Of a stretch of 64,000 bases of DNA, positions 10,058 through 19,024 are shown piece by piece. The translations under genes were made by a program, and so were the position numbers. The number at the start of each line of letters is the position of its first letter. Positions within the stretch are counted from its first letter, which is position 1. This DNA is from Candidatus Latescibacterota bacterium (GTDB lineage: Bacteria; Latescibacterota; UBA2968; UBA8231): the NCBI GenBank assembly GCA_965223905.1, contig CBDCXV010000009.1, positions 96,001 through 160,000 of the forward strand, in the 5' to 3' direction. A model generated the notes under the pieces. It had not been told where the DNA came from and searched no databases. It saw nothing but the letters and a program-made list of their open reading frames with translations.

Positions 10058-11245
10058 ATGCCCGAGGCGCCCCCCCGTCTCGAAGGGAACTGGATGGACC
10101 CGGGCGGCGGCGAGACCGCGGTCCTGTTCACCACCAACCCCGGCCTGGAAGACATCGTCGCCGACGAGTTCTCCGGCCTCCTTGCGGGAGCGGGCTTGCC
10201 GGCGCCGCGGTTCGACCTCGAGCCGTTCGGGTTCGGCGGGCACGTCCTCGCCCTGGTGCCGGATGGCGAACGCGGGCAGGGGGAAGCGCCAGGGGGATCC
10301 GGCGCCGGCCTGTGGGACCTGGTCCTGGAGTTGCGTTCCGCCCATCACGTGGTGCGACCCCTCTACAGCTTCGAAATTCCGGCAGAGGCCTCGACGGAGG
10401 GGGAGCCGGCCGCGGCCGAGCGCAGTCTCGAGGAGATCTACTCGCAGGTAGCCGGCCGCGGGATTCCGGGGATGGAGAAAGCCCGCTCCTTTCGCGTGAC
10501 CACGAAACGCAGCGGCGACCACCCCTTCACGAGCGTCGATGTGCAGCGGCGGGCCGGGGCGGCCCTTGTCGCGCGTTACGGGGCGGCCGTCGACCTGACC
10601 GGCTTCGACTGCAACGTGCGCGTCGACCTGTTCGGGTCGACCTGCATCGTCGGGCTTCAGGTCACGCGGAACCCCCTGAGCGACCGGCGCCTGCGCCCCT
10701 TCTCCCCGCGCACCTCGCTGCGGCCCAACGTCGCCTTCGCCCTGATTCAGCTAGCCCGCCTGCGTGCGGACGGGGGGCCGCTGCTCGACCCGTTCTGCGG
10801 TTCCGGCACCATCCTGCGGGAGGCCTCCCGGTGTTTCCCGGGGATGGAGCTGTTCGGCAGCGACTACTCCGAGAAGGTGATCGCCGGGGCCGCGGACAAC
10901 CTCGAAGCCATGATCGCCTCCGGCAGGTTGAGACTGCGCCGGTGCGACGCGCGCAGAATGGGGGAGGAGTACGGCAGCCGCCGCTTTCAGGCGATCGTCA
11001 CAAACCCGCCCTACGGGGTGCGCCAGGCCCGCGGCATGGACTTCGTCCGGTTCTACCGGCGCTTCCTCGAGCAGGCGGCCGAGGTGCTGCTCCCGGGAGG
11101 GCGGCTTGTCCTGATTGCCTGGAAGCGCGGCGCCATCGACCGCGCCAACCGCGGTCTGCGGCTGTTCAGAAAGGTCCACGTCCGCGTCGTCGAGACGGGC
11201 GGCATCTATCCGCGCGTCTACGTGCTGGAACGCAGGGACCGGTAG
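10058..11245 (+). CDS. THUMP-domain RNA methyltransferase (TrmN/Trm14-like)
   Basis: TTNPGLEDIV, SFRVTTKRSGDHPFTS (THUMP), LLDPFCGSGTI, VTNPPYG. Confidence 0.88.
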   Translation: MPEAPPRLEGNWMDPGGGETAVLFTTNPGLEDIVADEFSGLLAGAGLPAPRFDLEPFGFGGHVLALVPDGERGQGEAPGGSGAGLWDLVLELRSAHHVVRPLYSFEIPAEASTEGEPAAAERSLEEIYSQVAGRGIPGMEKARSFRVTTKRSGDHPFTSVDVQRRAGAALVARYGAAVDLTGFDCNVRVDLFGSTCIVGLQVTRNPLSDRRLRPFSPRTSLRPNVAFALIQLARLRADGGPLLDPFCGSGTILREASRCFPGMELFGSDYSEKVIAGAADNLEAMIASGRLRLRRCDARRMGEEYGSRRFQAIVTNPPYGVRQARGMDFVRFYRRFLEQAAEVLLPGGRLVLIAWKRGAIDRANRGLRLFRKVHVRVVETGGIYPRVYVLERRDR

Positions 11246-11372
11246 CAGCACGGCGGGTTCGGGCATTCGAGATCGTCCGGTGCCCGCGCACAGGTGCCGG
11301 GGTGCCGGACCGGCTACTCGCTGACCGTCCGGGGACCGCCGCCGCTGTCGGGTGTGGCCCTTTGCTCTCCGA

Positions 11373-11469
11373 GTCCTGTCCGTGCCAGCAGAAGTTGCGG
11401 GCGAACCACGCCAGCTCGGGATCGTTCGTCGTCAACTTTCCCTTGTCCGTTGGTCATCACCTTGTTTGC
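11373..11469 (-). pseudogene. Small remnant resembling a DegT/DnrJ/EryC1/StrS aminotransferase
   Basis: Minus strand reads ANKVMTNGQG, then after a frame change LTTNDPELAWFARNFCWHGQD, resembling the PLP-lysine region of this family. Confidence 0.45.
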
Positions 11470-11490
11470 CGCACGACCCGGGCGGTCGCC

Positions 11491-13893
11491 TCACATCATG
11501 GTCCGCCAGCGGAGCCGTCTGCCGTCCGAGGTGACGATGGCGGCGCCGCGGCGGTCGGTGCGCAGCACCGTAATCCCGCCGTTTCGCAGCCGCTCCAGCA
11601 CCTCCGGCGCCGGGTGGCCGAACTTGTTGAACTCCCCGGCGGAGATCACCGCCAACCCGGGGTTGACCCAGGAGAGCAGCGCCGGGTGGGTCGAGGTGTC
11701 GGAACCGTGGTGCCCGACCTTCAGCACGTCCGCCTGCAGCCGCTCCCCCCACCTCGCCAGCTCCAGGTCCGCGGCGCGTTCGGCGTCGCCGGTGAACAGG
11801 AAGCGGTGCCCTCGGTAGGTCAGGCGCATCACCACCGAGCCGTTGTTCAGCCCGTGCGGGGAGGCCCCTCCGGCGTCGACGAACTCCGGCGTCGGGTGCA
11901 GGACCAGAATGCCGGCTCCTCCCAGTCCGGCGATGCTGTCGCCGGCGGCGACTCGGTGATAGCGGGTTCCCCTCCCGGCGGCGAGCTCGCGCAGCCGCTG
12001 CGCCGCCCAGGAGTCGTAGCTCTGGCCGGCGTCCAGCAGGTGGCGGACTTCGAGCTGCTCCAGGACGGTGACCAGGCCGCCGATATGGTCGAGGTGCGGA
12101 TGCGACACCACCATCGCGTCGACGGTGCCGACGTTGTGGGCCTTGAGAAACGGCAACAGCACCCGCTGCCCGTAGTCGAAGCGGAAGCTGCGGCTGCCGC
12201 CGTCGATGAGCATGGAGCGGCCGTTCGGGAAACGCAGGAAGGCGGCGTCCCCCTGGCCCACGTCGAGGAAGCAGATCTCGATCTCGCGGCGGTCGAGAGC
12301 GGTTCTCCAAACCGCGGCGTTGGCGGCGATCAGGAGGGTGAAGAGGATCAGCTTGCGGGCGCCGGCGTGGTCCCGCCAGTGAGTGAGCAGAAAGGTCAGG
12401 AAGGCGGCGGTCACCAGCGCCGGCAGGGAGGGTCTCGGGGTCGTCACCGAGGCGTACGGCAGGCTGGCGAACAGCTCGACCGCTCCCATCATCCCTTTCA
12501 GGGCGAGATAGCCGCAGGCGTTGAACGCGGTGGCCGCGGCCGGCAGCCACCACCCGGTCAGGGCCGCGGCGACCCCCATGGCGAGGGCCGCGGTCAGCAG
12601 CGGCACGACGGCGAGATTTGCCAGCAGCGACACCGGCGCGAAGTGCTGGAAGTGGTAGGCGATCAGGGGGCTCGTGCCGGCCTGGGCGGCGATGGAGACG
12701 CACAGGGGGGCGACGAGCCATTTGCCGGCGGCGCTCTCCTCCGAGCGCCAGCGGGAGGGGAAGAGGGCGGCGAGGTTCCCGTGCAGCCCGACGATCGCCA
12801 GGGTCGCGGCGAACGAAAGCTGGAAGCTGAGGGAGAGCAGACTGGCCGGCCACGCCAGCAGGATGATGAGCGCCGCCAGGCCGAGCGAGTTGTACACGTC
12901 CCCCTGGCGGTCGAGGGCGCGCCCGACCAGCACCACCCCGGCCATGATCGCGGCGCGCACCACCGGGGGCTGCAGATCGGTTATCAGGGCGTAGAGCGCC
13001 AGGACCGCGGTGGTGGCGAGTGCGGCGGCCCGGTCGGGCAGGCGGCAGGTGCGCAGGCCGAAGAGGAAGAACAGCGCGATCAGGCCGACGTGGAGCCCGC
13101 TGACCACCAGGGCGTGCGCCAGTCCGGTGCTGCGGAACTGCTCCTTGAGTTCGGCCGGTATGCGGTACTTCTCGCCGAGCAGCATGCCGAGAAGCAGGCC
13201 GGCGGGGGCCCCGGACAGGTTGGCCTCGATCGCCTCCCTGATGGCGCTGCGGGCGGGCCGCAGCACCCGCTCCTGGAGCCAGGCCCCGGTGCGGGGGGCG
13301 GTCTCCAGCACCTGGTCCCGCCGCCGAACCGAGGCGACCGCATGGATATCCCGCTGCTGCAGAAAGGCGCGGTAGTCGAAGGCCGCGGGATTGCGCGCCG
13401 GCGAGGGACGCCGCAGGCGTACTTCCAGGACCACACTGTCGGCGTAATCGGCGGCAACGGGGACGGCGGACACGATCAGCACCCGCCCCGAGGCCCGCAC
13501 CCGCCCCTTCTCGAGCTCGACTGCGGACAGGTCGACGGCGAAGCGGGTGCGCTCGCCGCCGACCTCGGGATCGGATGCCAGGGCCCCGCGCAGTCGGAGG
13601 CGCTCGCCGAACAGCTCCGATCTCGAAACGTGGTCGGCCGGTAACAGTTCCGTAGCGGCGCGGTAACGCGCAGCCCCGAGACAGGCCGTCAGCAGCAGGC
13701 AGCAGCAGACGCAGGGGGCAGTTTCCGCCCAACCGGTGTACCGGGCCAGGAGGACGGCGGCGAAGGCAGCGGCCGCGGCGACCGTCCAGTGTTCGCAGGA
13801 GAAGAAGGCTTCGGAGCCGGCGAGGATACCCGCGGCGCAGGCCAACGCTGCCCACAGGGCCGGGCGCCGGCCCCGGAAGATGGCTGTCAGCAC
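11491..13893 (-). CDS. comEC: DNA internalization competence protein ComEC/Rec2
   Basis: RNPAAFDY, TGLAHALVVSGLHVG, SFQLSF, FLDVGQGD, SHPHLDHIGG, LKVGHHGS, FGHP motifs. Confidence 0.95.
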   Translation of the reverse strand: MLTAIFRGRRPALWAALACAAGILAGSEAFFSCEHWTVAAAAAFAAVLLARYTGWAETAPCVCCCLLLTACLGAARYRAATELLPADHVSRSELFGERLRLRGALASDPEVGGERTRFAVDLSAVELEKGRVRASGRVLIVSAVPVAADYADSVVLEVRLRRPSPARNPAAFDYRAFLQQRDIHAVASVRRRDQVLETAPRTGAWLQERVLRPARSAIREAIEANLSGAPAGLLLGMLLGEKYRIPAELKEQFRSTGLAHALVVSGLHVGLIALFFLFGLRTCRLPDRAAALATTAVLALYALITDLQPPVVRAAIMAGVVLVGRALDRQGDVYNSLGLAALIILLAWPASLLSLSFQLSFAATLAIVGLHGNLAALFPSRWRSEESAAGKWLVAPLCVSIAAQAGTSPLIAYHFQHFAPVSLLANLAVVPLLTAALAMGVAAALTGWWLPAAATAFNACGYLALKGMMGAVELFASLPYASVTTPRPSLPALVTAAFLTFLLTHWRDHAGARKLILFTLLIAANAAVWRTALDRREIEICFLDVGQGDAAFLRFPNGRSMLIDGGSRSFRFDYGQRVLLPFLKAHNVGTVDAMVVSHPHLDHIGGLVTVLEQLEVRHLLDAGQSYDSWAAQRLRELAAGRGTRYHRVAAGDSIAGLGGAGILVLHPTPEFVDAGGASPHGLNNGSVVMRLTYRGHRFLFTGDAERAADLELARWGERLQADVLKVGHHGSDTSTHPALLSWVNPGLAVISAGEFNKFGHPAPEVLERLRNGGITVLRTDRRGAAIVTSDGRRLRWRTMM

Positions 13894-14125
13894 CCCGGGC
13901 GAGGGGCAAAACCCGTTCCACCTGTCCGCGGCAGGACATTACAGCCCGTTGAAATGGTCCACCCAGGCCGTGGTCGGCCCTCGATGCCGCGAACCCGAAG
14001 GGTTCGTGTCGGGAACGGCTTCGCCGTTTCCCTGAAGCGCTCGAAGAGCGTTCCGAATCCTACGGGATGGCTCCGCCCGGCTTCAGGGAAACTTCATAAC
14101 CTGTCCGTAACCGGGGAAGCGGCCG

Positions 14126-14154
14126 TCGACAGGGTTCCGACCCCCGGGTATATT
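14126..14154 (+). promoter_or_regulatory. Putative sigma70 promoter of fxsA (near-leaderless)
   Basis: TCGACA-17 bp-TATATT, ending 9 nt before ATG 14164; no SD. Confidence 0.4.
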
Positions 14155-14163
14155 GCCCGCCCC

Positions 14164-14544
14164 ATGTGGTGGCGGCTCTTCCTGGTTTTCACGGTGACCC
14201 CGGTCGTCGAGCTGGCCCTGTTGATCCGGGTCGGACAGAGCCTCGGCGTCCTGCCGACGATCGCCATCGTCGTCGCGACCGGGGCCGCCGGGGCGCTGCT
14301 GGCCCGCAGCCAGGGTCTGCTGGCCCTGCGCCGCCTGATGCGTGCCGCCTCCGGCGCCGCCTTTCCCGGAGACGAGATCTTCGATGGGGTGCTGATCCTG
14401 ATGGGGGGACTGCTGCTGCTGACGCCGGGCTTCCTCACCGACATCATCGGCTTCGCCGCCCTTCTGCCCGGCACGCGCGGCGTTCTCAAGGAGATCGTCC
14501 GGCGCCAGGTGCGCCGGCGCATGCGGCGCGTCCGCTCCGTCTGA
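14164..14544 (+). CDS. fxsA: FxsA family membrane protein
   Basis: PVVELALLIRVG, ARSQG, GGLLLLTPGFLTDIIG. Confidence 0.92.
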   Translation: MWWRLFLVFTVTPVVELALLIRVGQSLGVLPTIAIVVATGAAGALLARSQGLLALRRLMRAASGAAFPGDEIFDGVLILMGGLLLLTPGFLTDIIGFAALLPGTRGVLKEIVRRQVRRRMRRVRSV

Positions 14545-14567
14545 CCGCTTGCGGCCGGCCCCCGGGG

Positions 14568-16124
14568 TCAGGCGGTCTTCTCCGCCAGCATCTCGAGGAC
14601 GCGCTCTTTCCCGACCAGGCTGACGAAGGACCCGAACCGCGGTCCCCTCTCCTGCCCGAGCAGCACTTCGTAGAAGGCGCGAAACAGCTCCTTTGGCTCC
14701 TTCCCCGCGGCGCGCGCCACCTCGAAGGGGATCGCCTGCCAGGTCTCCTCGTCCCCGTTCTCGCAGCGGAAAAGCTGGGCCCGCATTTCGGCCAGCAGCC
14801 CCCGCTCCTCCGGCGACGGCGCCCGGTACTTCTTGGCCGGCAGGACGCGGTCCTTGTAGTAGTTCATCCCCTTGTCGATCAGTGCCTCGACCACCGCTTC
14901 GTTGTCGGCGACGGTCGGGTCGTAGCGCCGCAGGAACTCCTTGAGAAGCCCGGTCGAGTCGATCCCCAGCGCCGATATCAGGTTGCTGACCGTGGTCGAA
15001 TCGACGCCGGAGCCGTACCGCGGCACACCTTCCCCCTTGCCGTGGATGTGCCACAGCTCGCTCTCGGGGCGCTTCTCCCCGGGGATTTCCGGATAGGCGC
15101 GCAGGGCGGCGAGATAGTCGTCGACGCACTTGGGCACGATGCCCCAGTGCAGGCGTTTGGCGCGCTGGGGATTCTGGTACAGGAAGAAGAGCAGGGATTC
15201 GAGCGGCGCGTACTGCGACCACTCGTCGACGGTGACCCCCATCCTTCCGGCGCTGCTGGAGATCCGGCGTCCCTCCTCGTCGAGGAACATCTCGATCGTC
15301 ATTCCCGCGGGCGGTTGCTTTCCCATGATGCGTACGATGCGCCCCGACAGCCTCACCGAGTCGATCAGGTCCTTTCCCGACATCTCGTAGTCGACCTCGT
15401 ACGCGTACCAGCGCAGGGCCCAGTCGACCTTCCAGCCGACCTTCGCCAGGCCCCCGAGGATCGACTGCTCGCCGCTCTCGCCGCAGCCGACGTACCTGTC
15501 GGTGCGGATGTCGCAGGCGAAACCGACGCTGTCGCGGTCCGGACGGTAGGAGGTCACCCGCGTCGCGTTGATCGATCCGCAGCCGGGGCAGACCGGGAAG
15601 AAGGGGGACCAGTGCTCGCGGTTCTCCTCGCGGAGGGTGGGGAGTATCACCTCTTTGACTTCGTCGACCTTTGCGAGCAGCACCGAGAGCCCTTTGTCGA
15701 ACACCCCGCTGGCGTAGGCGTCGCGCGAGCTTCGGATATCGTAGTCGAAGCCGTACGAGTGGAGGAACTCGCGCAGCTTCAGGTTCATGTGGTCGCTGAA
15801 GCTCGAGCAGCAGCCGAAGGGATCCGGTACCGCGTGCAGCGGCCGCCCGAGGTTGGCGGCCAGCATGTCGGGCTGCGGCAGGTTGGGCGGAACCTTGCGC
15901 AGGCCGTCCATGTCGTCGCTGAAGCAGATCAGGATGGTCGGTTTTTCGTACTGATGTTGGTAGGCGTTGCGGACCCAGGTGGTGCGGGCGACCTCGGAGA
16001 AGTGGCCCACATGGGGAAAGCCGCTGGGCCCGAACCCGGTCTGGAAAACCGCACCCGGCTTCCAGGGGTCGCGGCGGGCGATCCGGCCCGCTTCCCGGAA
16101 CGGCCAGGCCTTGTATTCGCCCAT
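14568..16124 (-). CDS. lysS: Lysine--tRNA ligase, class I
   Basis: AWPFREA, FQTGFGPSGFPHVG (HIGH-like), FSDDMDGLRKVP, KVGWKVDWALRW, GKDLIDS, LLGQERGPRFGSF. Confidence 0.95.
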   Translation of the reverse strand: MGEYKAWPFREAGRIARRDPWKPGAVFQTGFGPSGFPHVGHFSEVARTTWVRNAYQHQYEKPTILICFSDDMDGLRKVPPNLPQPDMLAANLGRPLHAVPDPFGCCSSFSDHMNLKLREFLHSYGFDYDIRSSRDAYASGVFDKGLSVLLAKVDEVKEVILPTLREENREHWSPFFPVCPGCGSINATRVTSYRPDRDSVGFACDIRTDRYVGCGESGEQSILGGLAKVGWKVDWALRWYAYEVDYEMSGKDLIDSVRLSGRIVRIMGKQPPAGMTIEMFLDEEGRRISSSAGRMGVTVDEWSQYAPLESLLFFLYQNPQRAKRLHWGIVPKCVDDYLAALRAYPEIPGEKRPESELWHIHGKGEGVPRYGSGVDSTTVSNLISALGIDSTGLLKEFLRRYDPTVADNEAVVEALIDKGMNYYKDRVLPAKKYRAPSPEERGLLAEMRAQLFRCENGDEETWQAIPFEVARAAGKEPKELFRAFYEVLLGQERGPRFGSFVSLVGKERVLEMLAEKTA

Positions 16125-16141
16125 CGCAGCTCCTGGGAGGC

Positions 16142-16360
16142 TCAGCGATTGCGAAACGTGATGCGTCCCCGCGTCAGGTCGTATGGAGACAGGGCGACGG
16201 TCACCTGGTCACCGGGAAGGACGCGAATGTAGTACTTCCGCATCTTCCCCGAGATGTGCGCCAGGATCACGTGTCCGTTCTCCATCTCGACCTTGAAGAA
16301 GCCGTTGGGCAGGGCTTCCTTGACGACGGCTTGGACTTCTATCGCTTCTTCCTTGGGCAT
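16142..16360 (-). CDS. infA: Translation initiation factor IF-1
   Basis: MPKEEAIEV...EALPN...LAHISGKMR...[13 protein letters not shown]. Confidence 0.97.
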   Translation of the reverse strand: MPKEEAIEVQAVVKEALPNGFFKVEMENGHVILAHISGKMRKYYIRVLPGDQVTVALSPYDLTRGRITFRNR

Positions 16361-16415
16361 GAACTCCGCAGATCGGTAAACTCGGAGATTCCATTCCGGG
16401 ACGGTGCACACAATG

Positions 16416-16459
16416 AAAAAGCGAGCCGAGTCTTCCTTTCCCGGAAGCTTCGCTCGCTT
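16416..16459 (-). terminator. Intrinsic terminator-like hairpin upstream of infA
   Basis: Minus strand AAGCGAGC...GCTCGCTT stem with inner CTTCC/GGAAG pairing, followed by a T run. Confidence 0.5.
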
Positions 16460-16536
16460 GCGTTCCCCACGGCCCGCCGGAATCTCAGAGAGTCATTAAA
16501 TGCCTTGCTTGTCGTCCATTATTTCAGAACCAGCCA

Positions 16537-16565
16537 AGATTACGGAATGCCCATCGCCAAGTCAA
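16537..16565 (-). promoter_or_regulatory. Putative sigma70 promoter upstream of infA
   Basis: TTGACT-17 bp-TAATCT on the minus strand. Confidence 0.5.
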
Positions 16566-16590
16566 CGAACCTCTTGCAGCCGGATCCGCC

Positions 16591-17535
16591 TCAGCGCATC
16601 AGGTACTCCTCGTTGTAGGTCGCCGAGCGCGCCGCCTCGATGGTGTGCAGATGCGGGGTCAGGGCCTGTACCTGGATGAAGTAGTACTCCGCTTCGGTGT
16701 TGCGGCCCGCCTTTTCCATCACCGTCCCGAGGTTGTGCAGCGCCGGAACGTGGTCATCCTGAAGCTCGACCGCGGTGGTGAAAGCACGCTCCGCGGGCCC
16801 GAGCTGGCCCAGGTGCATGTGGGCGATCCCCAGGGCGTAGTAGATGTCGGCGTCGTCCTTCACCAGCCCGACCGCGGCGTCGAATTGGACCACGGCGTCC
16901 TGCAGCTTTTTTCCGGTGAGGAGGATCAGCCCTCTGCTGAACCGGGCCTGCGCCAGCCCGCGGCGTGCGCCGGGATACGTGGGACTCTGCTCCAGGACCG
17001 CCTCGAGGTGCGCGATCGCCTTGGCGTAGTCGCCGATTTTGTGGTACGCCACCGCGAGGTTGTAGCGGGCTTTGATGCGGTTCGGATCGAGGGCGACCAC
17101 CTTTTCGAGCAGGGCGATCCCCTCGTTGTAGCGCTTGGTCCGGCACCACAGCGCCCCCAGGCCTGCCTTGGCCTCGACCAGGGAGGTGTCGACCTCGAGA
17201 GCTGCCTGGTAGTGTCTCTCCGCTTCTCCGAGCCGGGACTCGGAGTGCAGGATCACCGCGAGATTGCAGTGGGCCTCGGCATAGCCGGGCTGCAGCTCCA
17301 GCGCCTTTTCGAGATGCGATTCCGCCTCGAAATGGTGGCCGTCCTCGTAGAGGGCGTTGCCGAGCAGGACGCGGAGCTGGGCGTTGCGGGGGTCCATGCG
17401 AACGCGGTCCGCCAGGTAGCGGACCTTCTCCTTCGCCCACATGTCGTAGCGCTCCTTGCCCTCGGCGGCGAGCTCGCGGAGCGCCAGCGAGGAGACCGAG
17501 ACCGCAGCGACGACGACGAGGGGGAGGGGGATCAC
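16591..17535 (-). CDS. Tetratricopeptide repeat protein with N-terminal signal or anchor
   Basis: Repeated TPR motifs (AEAHCNLA, ARYNLAVAY, IYYALGIA, ALHNLG); GTG start overlaps the stop of the upstream gene. Confidence 0.85.
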   Translation of the reverse strand: MIPLPLVVVAAVSVSSLALRELAAEGKERYDMWAKEKVRYLADRVRMDPRNAQLRVLLGNALYEDGHHFEAESHLEKALELQPGYAEAHCNLAVILHSESRLGEAERHYQAALEVDTSLVEAKAGLGALWCRTKRYNEGIALLEKVVALDPNRIKARYNLAVAYHKIGDYAKAIAHLEAVLEQSPTYPGARRGLAQARFSRGLILLTGKKLQDAVVQFDAAVGLVKDDADIYYALGIAHMHLGQLGPAERAFTTAVELQDDHVPALHNLGTVMEKAGRNTEAEYYFIQVQALTPHLHTIEAARSATYNEEYLMR

Positions 17536-18833
17536 GGGTGAAACTTCTGAATGCGGTTGTTGAAGGTGTCGGCTACGTAGATGTAGCCCTCCGAGTCGAG
17601 GGCGATGCCGCCGGCCAGGACCTTGCGCTCCGAGGTCGAGCCGCTGTCGAGATCGTCGACCACCCTGGCGGTGCCCTCGAAGCGGAAGGCCTCCCCGTCC
17701 TCGCCGCCCGATGCCCAGCGCGTCAGGTACTCCCCGTCCCGGAAGACCTCGATGCGCCCGTACCCCGCATTGACCACGAAGACCCTGTTCTCCCTCTCGT
17801 CGAAGGCGAAGTCGCTCGGGCGGGAAAGCAGGCCGGCGCCGCGGTCCTCGTCCGAAAGCGGGTCCCGTCCCAGCACGAGGTCGATCTCCTCCCGTTCGGC
17901 GCTTCTGTAGAGGACGAGACGCGGGGCTCGCCAGCCGGTTTCGACGACGTCGAGGGGCTCGACCAGGGCGGCGAACCAGCCGCGCCAGAAGCGCAGACTC
18001 GAGACCAGAAGCGCCGGCACGCGGTACTCGAGGACGCGGGTTCCGTCGGTGGCGAACTGGTGCAGGCGGCTGATGCTCTCGATGAAGACGCGCCCCTCGT
18101 CGACGGCGATGTGGCGCGCGAACACCCCCTCCAGTGGCCGCGTCCACAACAGCTTCCCGTTGCGGTCGAACTTCGCCCATGCCGGCAGCGGCGCCCCGAC
18201 AGGGGGCAGGGTGTTGAAGGCGACGAACAGGTTCCCGTCGGCGTCGAGGGCGATGGCCGGCCCGTCGAGGGTTCCGGTTTCGAGGCAGGCGTTCGGCAGA
18301 TCGGCGAATTGCCAGCGCCCCAGGGAATGGCCCCCGCGGTCGAAGCGTTCGATCCAGCCGGCGCCGGCGCCGACGACGTTGAGAATGCCCCGTTGGTCGA
18401 AGGCGATGCGGGTGGGCAGGAAATCGCCGGGAAGGCTCCAGGAGTTGACGAGGCGGTGAATTCCACCGGCGGCCGGCTCGCTGGCGACGGAGGGGGGTTT
18501 CCCGTCGTCCCCGGGCTTGCCGATGCGTTCGGCGACGACGCGATAGCGGTAGGTGGTGTTGGCGAGCAGGCCGCTGTCCAGATAGGTGGTGTCGAGGCGG
18601 CCGGCGACCGCGGCGATGGTCCGAAACTTCCGCCCGGCGCGGGAACGCTGGATGCTGTACTGAAGAAAGCCCTGCTGCGGGGTGGGGTCCCAGGCCAGGT
18701 CGGCCGCCGCTGAGACGCTGTCGAATTCGACAGCGAGGAGGGGAGGGGGCACCACGGGCGGTTTGCTGCGGAAAAATGGTAATGCGCACGAGCCCAGCAC
18801 CCATGCGCATGCAAACAGAAAGATCGATGGCAT
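17532..18833 (-). CDS. Probable lipoprotein with FN3-like domain and NHL/beta-propeller repeats
   Basis: Lipobox-like LGSC; YLDSGLLANTTYRYRV (FN3); GGIALDSEGYIYVADTFNNRIQKF (NHL). Confidence 0.82.
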   Translation of the reverse strand: MPSIFLFACAWVLGSCALPFFRSKPPVVPPPLLAVEFDSVSAAADLAWDPTPQQGFLQYSIQRSRAGRKFRTIAAVAGRLDTTYLDSGLLANTTYRYRVVAERIGKPGDDGKPPSVASEPAAGGIHRLVNSWSLPGDFLPTRIAFDQRGILNVVGAGAGWIERFDRGGHSLGRWQFADLPNACLETGTLDGPAIALDADGNLFVAFNTLPPVGAPLPAWAKFDRNGKLLWTRPLEGVFARHIAVDEGRVFIESISRLHQFATDGTRVLEYRVPALLVSSLRFWRGWFAALVEPLDVVETGWRAPRLVLYRSAEREEIDLVLGRDPLSDEDRGAGLLSRPSDFAFDERENRVFVVNAGYGRIEVFRDGEYLTRWASGGEDGEAFRFEGTARVVDDLDSGSTSERKVLAGGIALDSEGYIYVADTFNNRIQKFHP

Positions 18834-18842
18834 CCGTCGAGT

Positions 18843-18871
18843 ATGGTACAGGGCGGTACGGGGAGTGTCAA
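18843..18871 (-). promoter_or_regulatory. Putative sigma70 promoter for the FN3/NHL-TPR operon
   Basis: TTGACA-17 bp-TACCAT, ending 9 nt before ATG 18833. Confidence 0.6.
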
Positions 18872-19024
18872 TTTCCGAGAATCACCCAACCCCCTCGCAA
18901 AGCTGAAGTTATGTGGATGCCGGGGGGCGGCGTACGTACATTCCGGCCTTCCTGTCCACGAGCCAGATAACCCGCGCCTGCCAGGTGCCCGGCCCGCCGA
19001 ATCGCCGCACCCGGCCCTGCGATT

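Noticed and set aside
10312-13644. 1110-aa + strand ORF and the many other long overlapping ORFs in the track
   Set aside because: Shadow or antisense frames of real genes in high-GC DNA; Arg/Pro/Gly-rich with no family motifs
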